Origin: Escherichia phage vB_EcoM-Pr121LW | Length of the DNA stretch: 64,000 nt | Direction: 5' to 3' (one strand) | Sequence record: MH752840.1 | Shown: positions 24,722 through 34,163 of the stretch, piece by piece | Layout of the letters: each line of letters opens with the position of its first letter | Position numbering within the stretch: the stretch's first letter is position 1 | Notes under the pieces: generated by a model | Database searches by the model: none | The model's input: the letters and a program-made list of their open reading frames with translations, nothing else | What the model was told of the DNA's origin: nothing | Translations under genes and position numbers: made by a program

Positions 24722-27061
24722 ATGGCTACAAACAAAATAGTTGCCACAACAGTCAACAAGATTGGCTTTGAGATAGAGAACTCCTCCTACAAAAAAGCTG
24801 TAGAGAAAATTCGCAGTATTGGGAGGGAGTTCAGGAAACTAGGCGAGGATTTTAACTCAGCCAACCCCATGGGTAGATGGCAGGCGGTAGCTGTTAAAAC
24901 CCAGCAGACAATGCAGAGGGTTGCCAGACAGCAATCCCAGGCAAATGCTAAACTGCACAGGGAGAGCGTAACACAGGCTAAGAAAGAGGCTGCAGTAAGG
25001 GCTGCAATAGAACGTAGGGAGAATGCGAGACGTAAACAAGCTGTAGGTAATCTTACCGCTAAAAATCCAGAAATGGTTAGGATGCGTAAGTTCTATCAGC
25101 AGCAAGCTAAAGAGGCCAAAAAGGCTGCCAAATCTGCACCAGTGTCTTACGGTGGTTATAAGGCACCTAAGGCAAGAGTTCTGGCTAATGCCAAATCTTT
25201 CAAATATATCCCCGGTAACCCTAATATGGGTGGTGTGGCTTCCGACCCTAATCTTGTGAAAGCGCAGACAGCCGCTATGAATCGTTATCATAGACAGCTA
25301 AGAAGGGACGGTAAGGCTGGCATGGATAATAGGCTTATGTCGGATCGTGAGGCAAGGAGAACCCACCTCTACAACTCAGCGATAAGACTTTCTGCCAAGT
25401 ATGGTGCCGGATTCCGTGGAAGCTTGCCAGGATACTCAGAGTTAGAGTCCAGGTTTGCTCGTGGGGAGATGAAAAAGTCAACATTTAACGCCCACTTGTC
25501 AGCGCTGCAGTCTGGATTTAAAAGCGCCACCAGTCAAACGCTTACACTAGGCGATGCCATGAGAGACCTACGTAGGTCTGTTATTAATGCAACAGCTGCG
25601 TATACGGCTTTTTCTGGATTTACTGCTGTTAACAGATCCGGTCACATGATGGAGGGTGCAAGTGCTGCTCTTACTGCTGTTACTGGAGATCCAAACAAAG
25701 CCAACAGTGAGGTTGCGTTTGTCCAGCAAGAGGCTATGCGTCTTGGTTTTGATCTCAAATCTGGTCTTCAAGGTTACGCCCAGATGGCGGTAAACGCCAA
25801 AAACCAGATGACAAATCAGGAGGTTCATGAGCTGTTCTCTGCATACTCCCAGTATGCTGCTGCTTATGGTGCCGATGAGGTAAAATACCAGCGTGGTATC
25901 ATGGCAATCCAACAGATGCTAGGCAAGGGACAAGTAATGTCCGAAGAACTGAAGCAACAACTTGCTGAAGCATTGCCTGGTGCATACGAACCTTTTATCA
26001 AGGCCACCAAAGAGGCTTTTGGTCTTTCTGAACTCTCCATGGATCAGTTCATGGACATGATGAAGAAAGGTGAGGTTAAAACAGCTAAGATCATGAAGTA
26101 TGTGGCTAAGTACATGAACGAGGCATCTGCAGCTGGTTATGAAAGAATGCAGAAGTCTAACGTACTGGCAGAAAACAGACTGAAAACCTTCATCGAACTG
26201 TCTCGTCAGAAACTGTTCACCCGTTGGGCAGATGAATTGACAGAGTTCTACTACACCCTGATCCGCACAGGTGAGACTCTGCAATTTGTGTGGGATGCCT
26301 CAGGTGATTTTGTTAGCGGATTTATTAGAGGCCTTAACTGGGTTGTTGGTGAGCTAAACAACACTATAGTTAAGATCCGCCTGTTTTTCCTTGAGTGGGG
26401 CATCAAATGGGGGTTCATAACAGCTAAGACGAAGGAGTATTCCGAAGAGCTGCATGACACCTTCAGCACTGCCAAATGGGCAGGGTATGCTGCTGCCATT
26501 ATGCTGGTAGTGCACGCTCTTACAAAAGGGTTTGTCATGGCATCCATGCTTGTAAAAACTTTTAAGTTCCTTAGCACCCTGAAAGGTGCAGCTGGAGCTG
26601 CTGGCGCTGGTGCCATCACCACAGGGGGTTCTGTAGGTGGCGCAGCAGGAAAAGGTGGTGGAATAAAAGCACCAGGCATCAAAGGTACCGGTATGTTAGG
26701 CAAGTTGGGGATACTTGGGACATTATTGAGTGCTGGGGCTATGGTTAATGATCGTTTCAACCCTTTCAGTGAGAGAAATCAACAGCTGGATACTATTAGT
26801 GACATGATCCGCAAAGATATAGTATCGGGTGGCAACGGGTTTGTTAATCCTCTAGACACTTTACCTGGTGGAACCCTTCCGCTACCCGGTGGTCCTGGTT
26901 TTGCCTCTCAACTGAGAACCATGGAAATGTTACCTTTGGAGATCAGCGATGGTAAAATCACCATTTCGATAGATGAAGGTGAGTTTAGCAAAATACTTGA
27001 TGCAAAACTTGAGTGGGAGAATAGCAAAGATATTAACTTTATGTCAACAGATCTTTGGTAA
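24722..27061 (+). CDS. tail tape measure protein
   Basis: 779 aa, helical N-terminal half, Gly-rich segment, hydrophobic segment; follows the chaperone pair. Confidence 0.7.
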   Translation: MATNKIVATTVNKIGFEIENSSYKKAVEKIRSIGREFRKLGEDFNSANPMGRWQAVAVKTQQTMQRVARQQSQANAKLHRESVTQAKKEAAVRAAIERRENARRKQAVGNLTAKNPEMVRMRKFYQQQAKEAKKAAKSAPVSYGGYKAPKARVLANAKSFKYIPGNPNMGGVASDPNLVKAQTAAMNRYHRQLRRDGKAGMDNRLMSDREARRTHLYNSAIRLSAKYGAGFRGSLPGYSELESRFARGEMKKSTFNAHLSALQSGFKSATSQTLTLGDAMRDLRRSVINATAAYTAFSGFTAVNRSGHMMEGASAALTAVTGDPNKANSEVAFVQQEAMRLGFDLKSGLQGYAQMAVNAKNQMTNQEVHELFSAYSQYAAAYGADEVKYQRGIMAIQQMLGKGQVMSEELKQQLAEALPGAYEPFIKATKEAFGLSELSMDQFMDMMKKGEVKTAKIMKYVAKYMNEASAAGYERMQKSNVLAENRLKTFIELSRQKLFTRWADELTEFYYTLIRTGETLQFVWDASGDFVSGFIRGLNWVVGELNNTIVKIRLFFLEWGIKWGFITAKTKEYSEELHDTFSTAKWAGYAAAIMLVVHALTKGFVMASMLVKTFKFLSTLKGAAGAAGAGAITTGGSVGGAAGKGGGIKAPGIKGTGMLGKLGILGTLLSAGAMVNDRFNPFSERNQQLDTISDMIRKDIVSGGNGFVNPLDTLPGGTLPLPGGPGFASQLRTMEMLPLEISDGKITISIDEGEFSKILDAKLEWENSKDINFMSTDLW

Positions 27062-27066
27062 TAAAC

Positions 27067-27097
27067 TGCGGGGGGCTCCGGCCCCCTTTATTTTTAT
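27067..27097 (+). terminator. rho-independent terminator
   Basis: Hairpin GGGGGC-TCCG-GCCCCC followed by a T-run. Confidence 0.7.
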
Positions 27098-27102
27098 CGG
27101 TG

Positions 27103-27131
27103 TTGTAAAAACAGCTATTTTATGATACAAT
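27103..27131 (+). promoter_or_regulatory. sigma70-like promoter (TTGTAA-N17-TACAAT)
   Basis: Promoter-like hexamers upstream of the baseplate block. Confidence 0.35.
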
Positions 27132-27165
27132 ATCTAAATGGTATCGGAGTGTCCTGGAGAGGTTA

Positions 27166-28049
27166 TGCCAAATAATATAGTTGATGAAAAAGATCTGTAC
27201 AAGCCTCAAGAGGTTAAGTCTCCAAAGGCTGAAAAGGCTGAGCAGCAAACTGAAGGTGATGTAAAGTACACTATGTTTGTCAGCGGTCTTAACTATGGTG
27301 GTCGCAATACGGAGATGAAGGGTAAAAACTTTACTAACGATCTTGCTATTATCTTCGACCAGGTTGAGAACTATTCTTTCAAACATTCTGTTGATAAAAC
27401 TGGTTTTGCAGTGGAAGATAAATCTACCATGTCAGACCACGCTGTAATTAAAGATGGTGTATTTTCTTTTACTGGTAGGGTAAATACATCCCCACATATA
27501 ATTTATGAGCAAAACTACATTGATAGGAATACTGACTCTAAAAACCCTGCAGCATCTATGAGACCAGGCGCTGCATTGGAGGCTTTGACTGAGATTATCA
27601 ATAAGCGACAGTTGGTTTCCTTGGTTACCGAGGAGAGACTCCTTGAGAACTATATCATAACCAGCCTTTCTGCCAACAAGTCTGTTGGTGAAGGCGCTGC
27701 AATGGTGTTTGATGTGGAACTTACAGAGTTCCGCACATTCTACTTGAATAAGGTTGTTAATGCAACAGTGTACAGCAATCCTAAAAAAGTTGGGAAGACC
27801 CAGCAAAAAGGTGCTGTCAACGATTGCAAGAATGGTAGTAATGTAGGTAACAAGAGAGATACAGGGGCATTTGCAGACACTGCATCCACAAATGCTGCAG
27901 AAGAGTGGCAGCCATACAAGTCTATGATGTGGACAGATGAAAACGGTGTTACCCAGTCCGCTGCCGATTGGTACTATCAGGAATATGGAAGACCTTCCAC
28001 TATAGTTCCGTCAGAGCAGGGAAACTACGACAAAGTTAACGGAAAATAA
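27166..28049 (+). CDS. tail or baseplate protein
   Basis: First gene after the tape measure; start at ATG 27166 behind GGAGAGG. Confidence 0.4.
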
Positions 28050-28060
28050 GGGGAACAGTA

Positions 28061-28441
28061 ATGGAGCTTAAAGATTGGTGTGTAATCACTTTTGTGTGGG
28101 ACATTGATGGCTTTCCTGATCAAACCATGCGTGTTGTTTTAGATAACGAAACGTATGAAATGCGTATGCAGTGGAATGAAAGAGATGAGTCCTGGTGGCT
28201 ATCCCTTGGTCCGGTAGGGGATAGTCCTCTAGTAACCAGAAAGGTAACAGCTTGCCAAGATATTTTAGACGGTCTGCATTACAGAGACGATTTACCGAAA
28301 GGTAGATTGATGGCTTTGTCGTTTAAAGACGATCAATATTGGGGCAGGGTTGGAAGGTACAACCTTGGTGCGAGATCTGAGTTACAACTTGTGTACGGCA
28401 CCCCAGTTGATCTTTACAAGGAACAGCAAGGGTTAGACTAA
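28061..28441 (+). CDS. tail or baseplate protein
   Basis: 126-aa ORF in the baseplate operon. Confidence 0.4.
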   Translation: MELKDWCVITFVWDIDGFPDQTMRVVLDNETYEMRMQWNERDESWWLSLGPVGDSPLVTRKVTACQDILDGLHYRDDLPKGRLMALSFKDDQYWGRVGRYNLGARSELQLVYGTPVDLYKEQQGLD

Positions 28442-29445
28442 TGGCAGAGTACAGACGTAGAACATGGCGATTATTGTTTGGTCGTCCTGTAGAGCACGGT
28501 GGAAAATCAAAAACCAATATTCCGAAATCTGTTGAAAAGAAAGGTGAGAGTGATTCTGGAGTCTATGAGATTAGCTCAGACACAGGCGCTGCCAACATAG
28601 AGTTCGACATACAAAAGGATAATACAAAAGAGCCAAACAAAGGTTATGTGACAGTTTACAACCTGTCTGACGATACAGTTAACTATTTGGATATGCATCA
28701 GGCTGATGCCCTTGCAGTTATGTTTGAAGCTGGCTATGATAATGAGAACCAGTTGATATTCTCCGGAACTGTGGAGTTTGTTGAAGACAGATGGGAAGGT
28801 CCGACCAGAAAAACTAAGTTCATCTTTGGGGATGGCACTGAGAACATCATTAAGTGCCAAAGCACAAGATCGTATCAGAAAGGCACACCTCTGAACTCTG
28901 TGCTTAATGACCTACTGAAGGATATGAACTTGCCAAAGGGTAGGGTTGTTGGTTTTGGAAACCAGACTTTGCAATACTCTATGGCTTTCTCTGGAAACAC
29001 TGCAGAGAACCTCCGCAGGTTTGCAAGGCTGACCAACTCAACATTCAGCGTTCAGGATGGGGCTTTGTATTGGACCAAGGTTGGAAAAAGGTTCAAGGAC
29101 TCTGTGTTTGAAATAAGTGCAGAGTCTGGGATGCACGGATCTCCTACCCCTAAAAACCCAGAACCTGCTAAAAAACGAAAAGCTAAAGCTGCTGCCAAAG
29201 GTGGTTCGACATCTAAAAAGAAAAAGAAAAACCCGAGAGAGGATGTTGGCCTTACTGTAACCACATGCCTTAACGGGGCCATTCTTCCAGAATCCACCAT
29301 TTACCTTAAAAGCAGGCAATACACAGGTTTCTATAAGGTGATCACGGTGCATCATAAAGGTACCATAGAAGGTGGTGATTACACTACAGAGCTCGGCCTT
29401 GGGGAAACAGTGGGTGGAGTTGTTGACAAAACTGAGGAGGTATAA
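28441..29445 (+). CDS. baseplate hub-like protein
   Basis: 334 aa; position equivalent to P2 gpD or Mu gpP just upstream of the gpV-like spike; Lys-rich internal linker. Confidence 0.4.
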   Translation: MAEYRRRTWRLLFGRPVEHGGKSKTNIPKSVEKKGESDSGVYEISSDTGAANIEFDIQKDNTKEPNKGYVTVYNLSDDTVNYLDMHQADALAVMFEAGYDNENQLIFSGTVEFVEDRWEGPTRKTKFIFGDGTENIIKCQSTRSYQKGTPLNSVLNDLLKDMNLPKGRVVGFGNQTLQYSMAFSGNTAENLRRFARLTNSTFSVQDGALYWTKVGKRFKDSVFEISAESGMHGSPTPKNPEPAKKRKAKAAAKGGSTSKKKKKNPREDVGLTVTTCLNGAILPESTIYLKSRQYTGFYKVITVHHKGTIEGGDYTTELGLGETVGGVVDKTEEV

Positions 29446-30122
29446 TGGCAATAAACAGGAAAGATGCTGCTGTAAGATCCTTTATAGAAAAAATAATGAG
29501 GGACTACCACACCAGCATCAGGGCCAGAGTTGTCAGCGTAGATTACAGTATCCCCTCTGCAGCCGTGCAGCCAATAGCTGAAACCACGTTTGATGACGGA
29601 GATGTGGAGAGATACCCGCTTATCTATGACGTTCCAATTCAGGTGATGTCTGCAAACAGTGGGAAGGCAAGGTTAACACTTCCTATTAAGGCTGGAGATG
29701 TTGTAGGGCTGCAGTTTTCAGAGAGAAATGAAAACAATAACGATGATCAACAAACTCACGGCCTGTTTCCTGGGTGGGCAATCACCTCTGTTCATTCAGA
29801 CTCAAACGCTTTACAGATCGATCCTGATAACGTAGAGTTATGGAATGATAGGGTTTATTTTAAACTGACACCTTCTGGCGATTTTGAGCTTCAAACACCG
29901 GGTGGAACATTACGGTGCGACAGTAGCGGGGAGTTTTCTTTCACTAACGGTGCTGCCAATTTGCGAGCTGCTGTGGATGGAAATATCAGAATGAATGGTG
30001 CCACAATAGACCCATCTGGTAGAATTATAACTGCTGCTGGTGTGGATTTGGATTCATTCTATGCAGAATATAAAGGTCATACCCACTCTTGCCCTGATGG
30101 CGAGACAAGTGGACCGCACTAA
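29445..30122 (+). CDS. baseplate assembly protein V-like (spike)
   Basis: 225 aa; N-terminal OB-fold-like segment RARVVSVDYS ... KAGDVVGLQFSE resembling gpV-family spike proteins. Confidence 0.5.
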   Translation: MAINRKDAAVRSFIEKIMRDYHTSIRARVVSVDYSIPSAAVQPIAETTFDDGDVERYPLIYDVPIQVMSANSGKARLTLPIKAGDVVGLQFSERNENNNDDQQTHGLFPGWAITSVHSDSNALQIDPDNVELWNDRVYFKLTPSGDFELQTPGGTLRCDSSGEFSFTNGAANLRAAVDGNIRMNGATIDPSGRIITAAGVDLDSFYAEYKGHTHSCPDGETSGPH

Positions 30123-30134
30123 TAGAGGGCTTTC

Positions 30135-30851
30135 ATGGCTACGCTTTATAGTGATATATTAATGGACCCACAGACAGGCGATTTGGCGATAGACAAAGGT
30201 CTTGAGTTGATAGATTCAAACCAGGTAAGTCTGCGCCAGCGCTTGTGGATGAGGTTTAATACGTGGAAGGGGAGCTGGTACTTTGACGAGTTGTTTGGCT
30301 TCCCTTATATGGACTTTCTCAGTAAGAAGGTCATGAAGACTGTTCTTGATAACAAGATTATGGAAGTGGCAAGACAAGAGCCGGATGTGCTAAACATCAT
30401 AAACTTCCAGTCTACCATGGATCGAAGATCGAGAACATACCAAGCGTTCTTTGAGGTTGTTACCAAAGAGAACGAGATTGTAAGGCTGGCTTTCGTAGGT
30501 CTTGATCAGTTTACCTACCCACAGCCTGATTCTGGGACAACCTCTCTCTGTGATGATGAAGGTTGGATTAAGTGGGCTAATAAACTGTACTATCTGATCA
30601 ACTTCAGATTGCCCAGAACCGGAGATGCCACATGGTGGAACCAGTATGCTGGTCCTGAGATGGAAAACCCGATCCCTGTAGGCTCTCTGTTGACTCAGGA
30701 TAAAGATCTGCTGATGACTGAGGCAGAACAAACCATTAACCGCAATACCTGGACGCTTGCTCCAGATGAGCGCGAATACTCTGGTGTTATTGCTACCTCC
30801 AATGATGAGGCTATTGCCAACCAGTCTGGTCGTGCTATTGATGTTAACTAA
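30135..30851 (+). CDS. baseplate wedge protein
   Basis: 238-aa ORF following the gpV-like gene; assigned by position. Confidence 0.4.
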   Translation: MATLYSDILMDPQTGDLAIDKGLELIDSNQVSLRQRLWMRFNTWKGSWYFDELFGFPYMDFLSKKVMKTVLDNKIMEVARQEPDVLNIINFQSTMDRRSRTYQAFFEVVTKENEIVRLAFVGLDQFTYPQPDSGTTSLCDDEGWIKWANKLYYLINFRLPRTGDATWWNQYAGPEMENPIPVGSLLTQDKDLLMTEAEQTINRNTWTLAPDEREYSGVIATSNDEAIANQSGRAIDVN

Positions 30852-30860
30852 GGAGAAACC

Positions 30861-31529
30861 ATGGCTGTAGCTTATCCTACAATACCAATTCCAGATCTTG
30901 AAGATGCAGAAACAGTCCTGAGTGATGACTTCTTGGTTGTCAACCAGACTGATGGGACAAGAAAGGCTAAGATTGACGATGTTGTCAACGATCTTAGCAT
31001 CACTAAGATAGTCTATTTCACAGAGGGTGGTTATCTTAAGAGTAAGAAGGACTTTGCTTATGATCCAGAAACTAAGCGCTACTACACGTGGAACGGGGAT
31101 TATCCTAAAATAATCCTCCCAGACTCCACTGTAGAGGGTGCTGGAGGTGTGTCTGCAAATGCCTGGTCTGTTTTTGGTGAGCTTGCTGCAACTTCTTCTG
31201 GCAGAATAGTTGATTACGGATCTATCGGCGGTCAGCTTGATATGGATCTTGAAGTTGCGGATACTTTTAAGGTTCGACTAACTTCAAATACCACAATCTC
31301 TTTTGAAAATCAAACAGAAGGTCTTGAAGGGGTGGCGAGAACTATAACCGTATGCATTACTCAGACCTCTGGCGGCAACAAAGTCTATTGGCCTGGTAAT
31401 GTTAAATGGTCCTACGGAAGAGATCCTATCCTAACATTTACAGCTGGTGCAACAGATATTTTCAAGTTGGAAACCTACGACAACGGGTTAACTTGGTACG
31501 GGGCACTGATTATCGCAGGAGCTATCTAA
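30861..31529 (+). CDS. fibre or spike protein with shared N-terminal anchor domain
   Basis: N-terminus (DDFLVVNQTDGTRKAKIDDVV ... EGGYL ... DFAYDPE) is paralogous to the N-terminus of the 1268-aa fibre at 34164. Confidence 0.45.
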   Translation: MAVAYPTIPIPDLEDAETVLSDDFLVVNQTDGTRKAKIDDVVNDLSITKIVYFTEGGYLKSKKDFAYDPETKRYYTWNGDYPKIILPDSTVEGAGGVSANAWSVFGELAATSSGRIVDYGSIGGQLDMDLEVADTFKVRLTSNTTISFENQTEGLEGVARTITVCITQTSGGNKVYWPGNVKWSYGRDPILTFTAGATDIFKLETYDNGLTWYGALIIAGAI

Positions 31530-31530
31530 G

Positions 31531-34128
31531 ATGCGTATTCAACATAACATTGATAACGTATTTCAGATGATTGAGGGGCACAGGAAGTGCCTCGATAACA
31601 ACACAGGTATTACCAACACCCCTACACAAAATAAGCTAGTAAACCCTGATGGTCTTATAGCTGCAGGGTGGGCAGGTAATAAGATAAATAATGATTGGGC
31701 GATGCATGAGCCCCAAGCTGTGTTGATTCTGGGATACATTGAAGCATACAGGGCATCGAAAAGCGATTTCTATCTGGATAGGGCAAAAGATGCTTGGGAA
31801 GCTTACAATAGCCATCTTCTAGGTGCATATGCAGTAGAAAGTAAAATGCAAAGATTGTCCCACTACCCTCTATCTACAGATGGGGTTCCATCACATGGTG
31901 GGTTTAAAGATGTGGTGGTGTCTTTTACCAATGGTAGAGGAAAAATCCCAGCTGGATCTCCGACATGGGGGGAATACCTGGACAAGGCATTCCAAGCGTA
32001 TAACGGCGTGTTAGGAAGAAACACTGTAGACTCTGATGTTTACGGTGGCACAGATGATAACCCAGATTGGACAACATCCGGATTAAGTTGGTGGGTTGAG
32101 TGGTATATAGCATGGGATGGTAATCGCTATTGGGCTAACGGTAGCATAGCTGATAGTGGTCATACGTCTGTAGAGTTTGGCACAATCCAATTACAAGACA
32201 AGGGTGTTACAGGCAACCACAAAGTGACCTATTGTGTAAGATTACCTCAAGAGCAGGGTGGATCGGTGATCCCTGCTGGATCCCCTGTAATTGTGAATCC
32301 TATAAACGTGGTTGCAGACAATCAAGCCCCAGAGTTGGATGGGGAAGAAATGTGGTGTGACGCTTGTTATCAACTCTACACCTTGACAGGTGAGGAAAAG
32401 TATTACACCGCGTTTAAACAGTCTTACAACAAGTTGCTTAATTTCAGTGATATAAACGCTTACGACAAACTGTTTAGAAAGACCACGTTGATTAAGGCAC
32501 CATTTACAGATGGTACTTGTCTTGTTGCAGGAACAGTTCCTGTCACGAGCAGAGACAGTGACGGGTATATCAATTTTAGAATGAACGCACGCCAGCCTTG
32601 CGAAATAATTCAAAAAGGTACCACCTACAAAATAGGCAGAGATGCTGAAATTGTCATGAATTTCGGAGGAGAGGGGGTTCTGTTCCAGCCACATTTCATC
32701 CTTAATGATGGCAACAATAACAAAAAACAGTACAGGATAGGTGTCCCTTTTGGAGGTGCAGAGGTAACAGAAATAGTTGCCAAGGTTACTGATTTCGTAG
32801 AGGTAGTTGGTAAAGACGGTAATCCGTACCTCTTACCTAAAGAGGAAAACATTGCCGTGAGCGGTGGTGCCAGTGTTAGTATGCAGTACGATACTGACAT
32901 TTACAACCACTCTGACAACTTCACCCGTTGTAATATAGCAAGAGGCAAAGTAACTTTCAATTTTGGAAGAGAGATTTCTTTAAACTCAGTAACTTATCGA
33001 TCAGATGATGAGATGGTAAGGGTCAAATTTCTTGACAAAGATAGGTGGTTATGGTATGCTGATCTATATGCCACTAATGGACAATGGATAACAGAAACTC
33101 TTACTCTAGGAGATTTCAAACTAGATCCGACACAACCTCATCACACTGAAGAAGAGATTAAACCTTTCTTTGCTAATCCTAAGGGACTCACCTCTGTAGA
33201 TTTCAGCCTAAGCGACAGACAGATAGGTAATGGCTTGTTTGATCTATATTGCGTCAACACACTGCCGCAATTCTATATTGCAGATAGGGATGCTTATCTA
33301 ATCTGGTTTAGCGTATGGATGGCAAGCAAGACAGAATCAACCGCTAAGGTTGGTGATTGCTATGTCAGAAACTACAAGCAAGGTGCATACAGGCACACTC
33401 CTGGTGTGTTCCCTGCCGGAAAGGTGATAGATAAGGAAAATTACCTCTTGGAGGAAAAGCCAAATTGGCCATATCCAGGTATGCAATACCCCGCAGTCTA
33501 CTGTATGGGTGCAGAAAACATAGATCGCTATAGGTTGTCAAATACAATAGGCTTTCTGTATGACGCTCAAGTCTGGTATAATAACACATTTAAGACAGAG
33601 GGTCCAGTCGCCTCACGTTATGTATGGCAGAGAGGTAATGAAGGATTAACTGGTTGGTGGGAGATGGTAGATAACTCTAAGCTCCAGTCAAGATCTTTTG
33701 TTGCTGCGTGCCGCACAATCTATGAGCTCAAGAAACATAAAGAACCTGTTGATGAAAGATTATTCCTGTTCTGCCAGAAATGGGCATGGTTCCTCAACAG
33801 ATTCCAGTCATCTCATTCAGGAAATCTACCTACAGACTTTAACACCTCTGGGGGATATTCTTATCAAGACAGAGGAGACAGGATGTGGGTGGTAGGTGAA
33901 TGGCTTGCAGGCTGCTGCTGGCTAGGTCTGTGCGGGTATTCAGAGACAATACCACAAATAGATATTGTTGTAGAAGCCTGTGTGAAGCTACTGCAAAAGC
34001 ACCACTTCATTAATGGTGATAATGTTTTAAACGGCTGCTGGGCAGTTTCTGATCCGGTGGGCTATCACTCTGGCGAAATCCTTCGCGGTCTGGGACTTTA
34101 TGCTCAATACCGTGGATTGTACCTTTAA
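31531..34128 (+). CDS. large virion protein (probable receptor-binding or depolymerase-type)
   Basis: 865-aa ORF within the fibre block; no catalytic motif recognised. Confidence 0.4.
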   Translation: MRIQHNIDNVFQMIEGHRKCLDNNTGITNTPTQNKLVNPDGLIAAGWAGNKINNDWAMHEPQAVLILGYIEAYRASKSDFYLDRAKDAWEAYNSHLLGAYAVESKMQRLSHYPLSTDGVPSHGGFKDVVVSFTNGRGKIPAGSPTWGEYLDKAFQAYNGVLGRNTVDSDVYGGTDDNPDWTTSGLSWWVEWYIAWDGNRYWANGSIADSGHTSVEFGTIQLQDKGVTGNHKVTYCVRLPQEQGGSVIPAGSPVIVNPINVVADNQAPELDGEEMWCDACYQLYTLTGEEKYYTAFKQSYNKLLNFSDINAYDKLFRKTTLIKAPFTDGTCLVAGTVPVTSRDSDGYINFRMNARQPCEIIQKGTTYKIGRDAEIVMNFGGEGVLFQPHFILNDGNNNKKQYRIGVPFGGAEVTEIVAKVTDFVEVVGKDGNPYLLPKEENIAVSGGASVSMQYDTDIYNHSDNFTRCNIARGKVTFNFGREISLNSVTYRSDDEMVRVKFLDKDRWLWYADLYATNGQWITETLTLGDFKLDPTQPHHTEEEIKPFFANPKGLTSVDFSLSDRQIGNGLFDLYCVNTLPQFYIADRDAYLIWFSVWMASKTESTAKVGDCYVRNYKQGAYRHTPGVFPAGKVIDKENYLLEEKPNWPYPGMQYPAVYCMGAENIDRYRLSNTIGFLYDAQVWYNNTFKTEGPVASRYVWQRGNEGLTGWWEMVDNSKLQSRSFVAACRTIYELKKHKEPVDERLFLFCQKWAWFLNRFQSSHSGNLPTDFNTSGGYSYQDRGDRMWVVGEWLAGCCWLGLCGYSETIPQIDIVVEACVKLLQKHHFINGDNVLNGCWAVSDPVGYHSGEILRGLGLYAQYRGLYL

Positions 34129-34163
34129 CATAGGGGGCTGTTTGCCCCCTTTCAGGAGAAAGA

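Noticed and set aside
24857-26760. Minus-strand ORFs (24857-25291, 25568-25912, 25919-26284, 26251-26760) inside the tape measure gene
   Set aside because: All are antisense to a single long, well-supported CDS; typical shadow frames.
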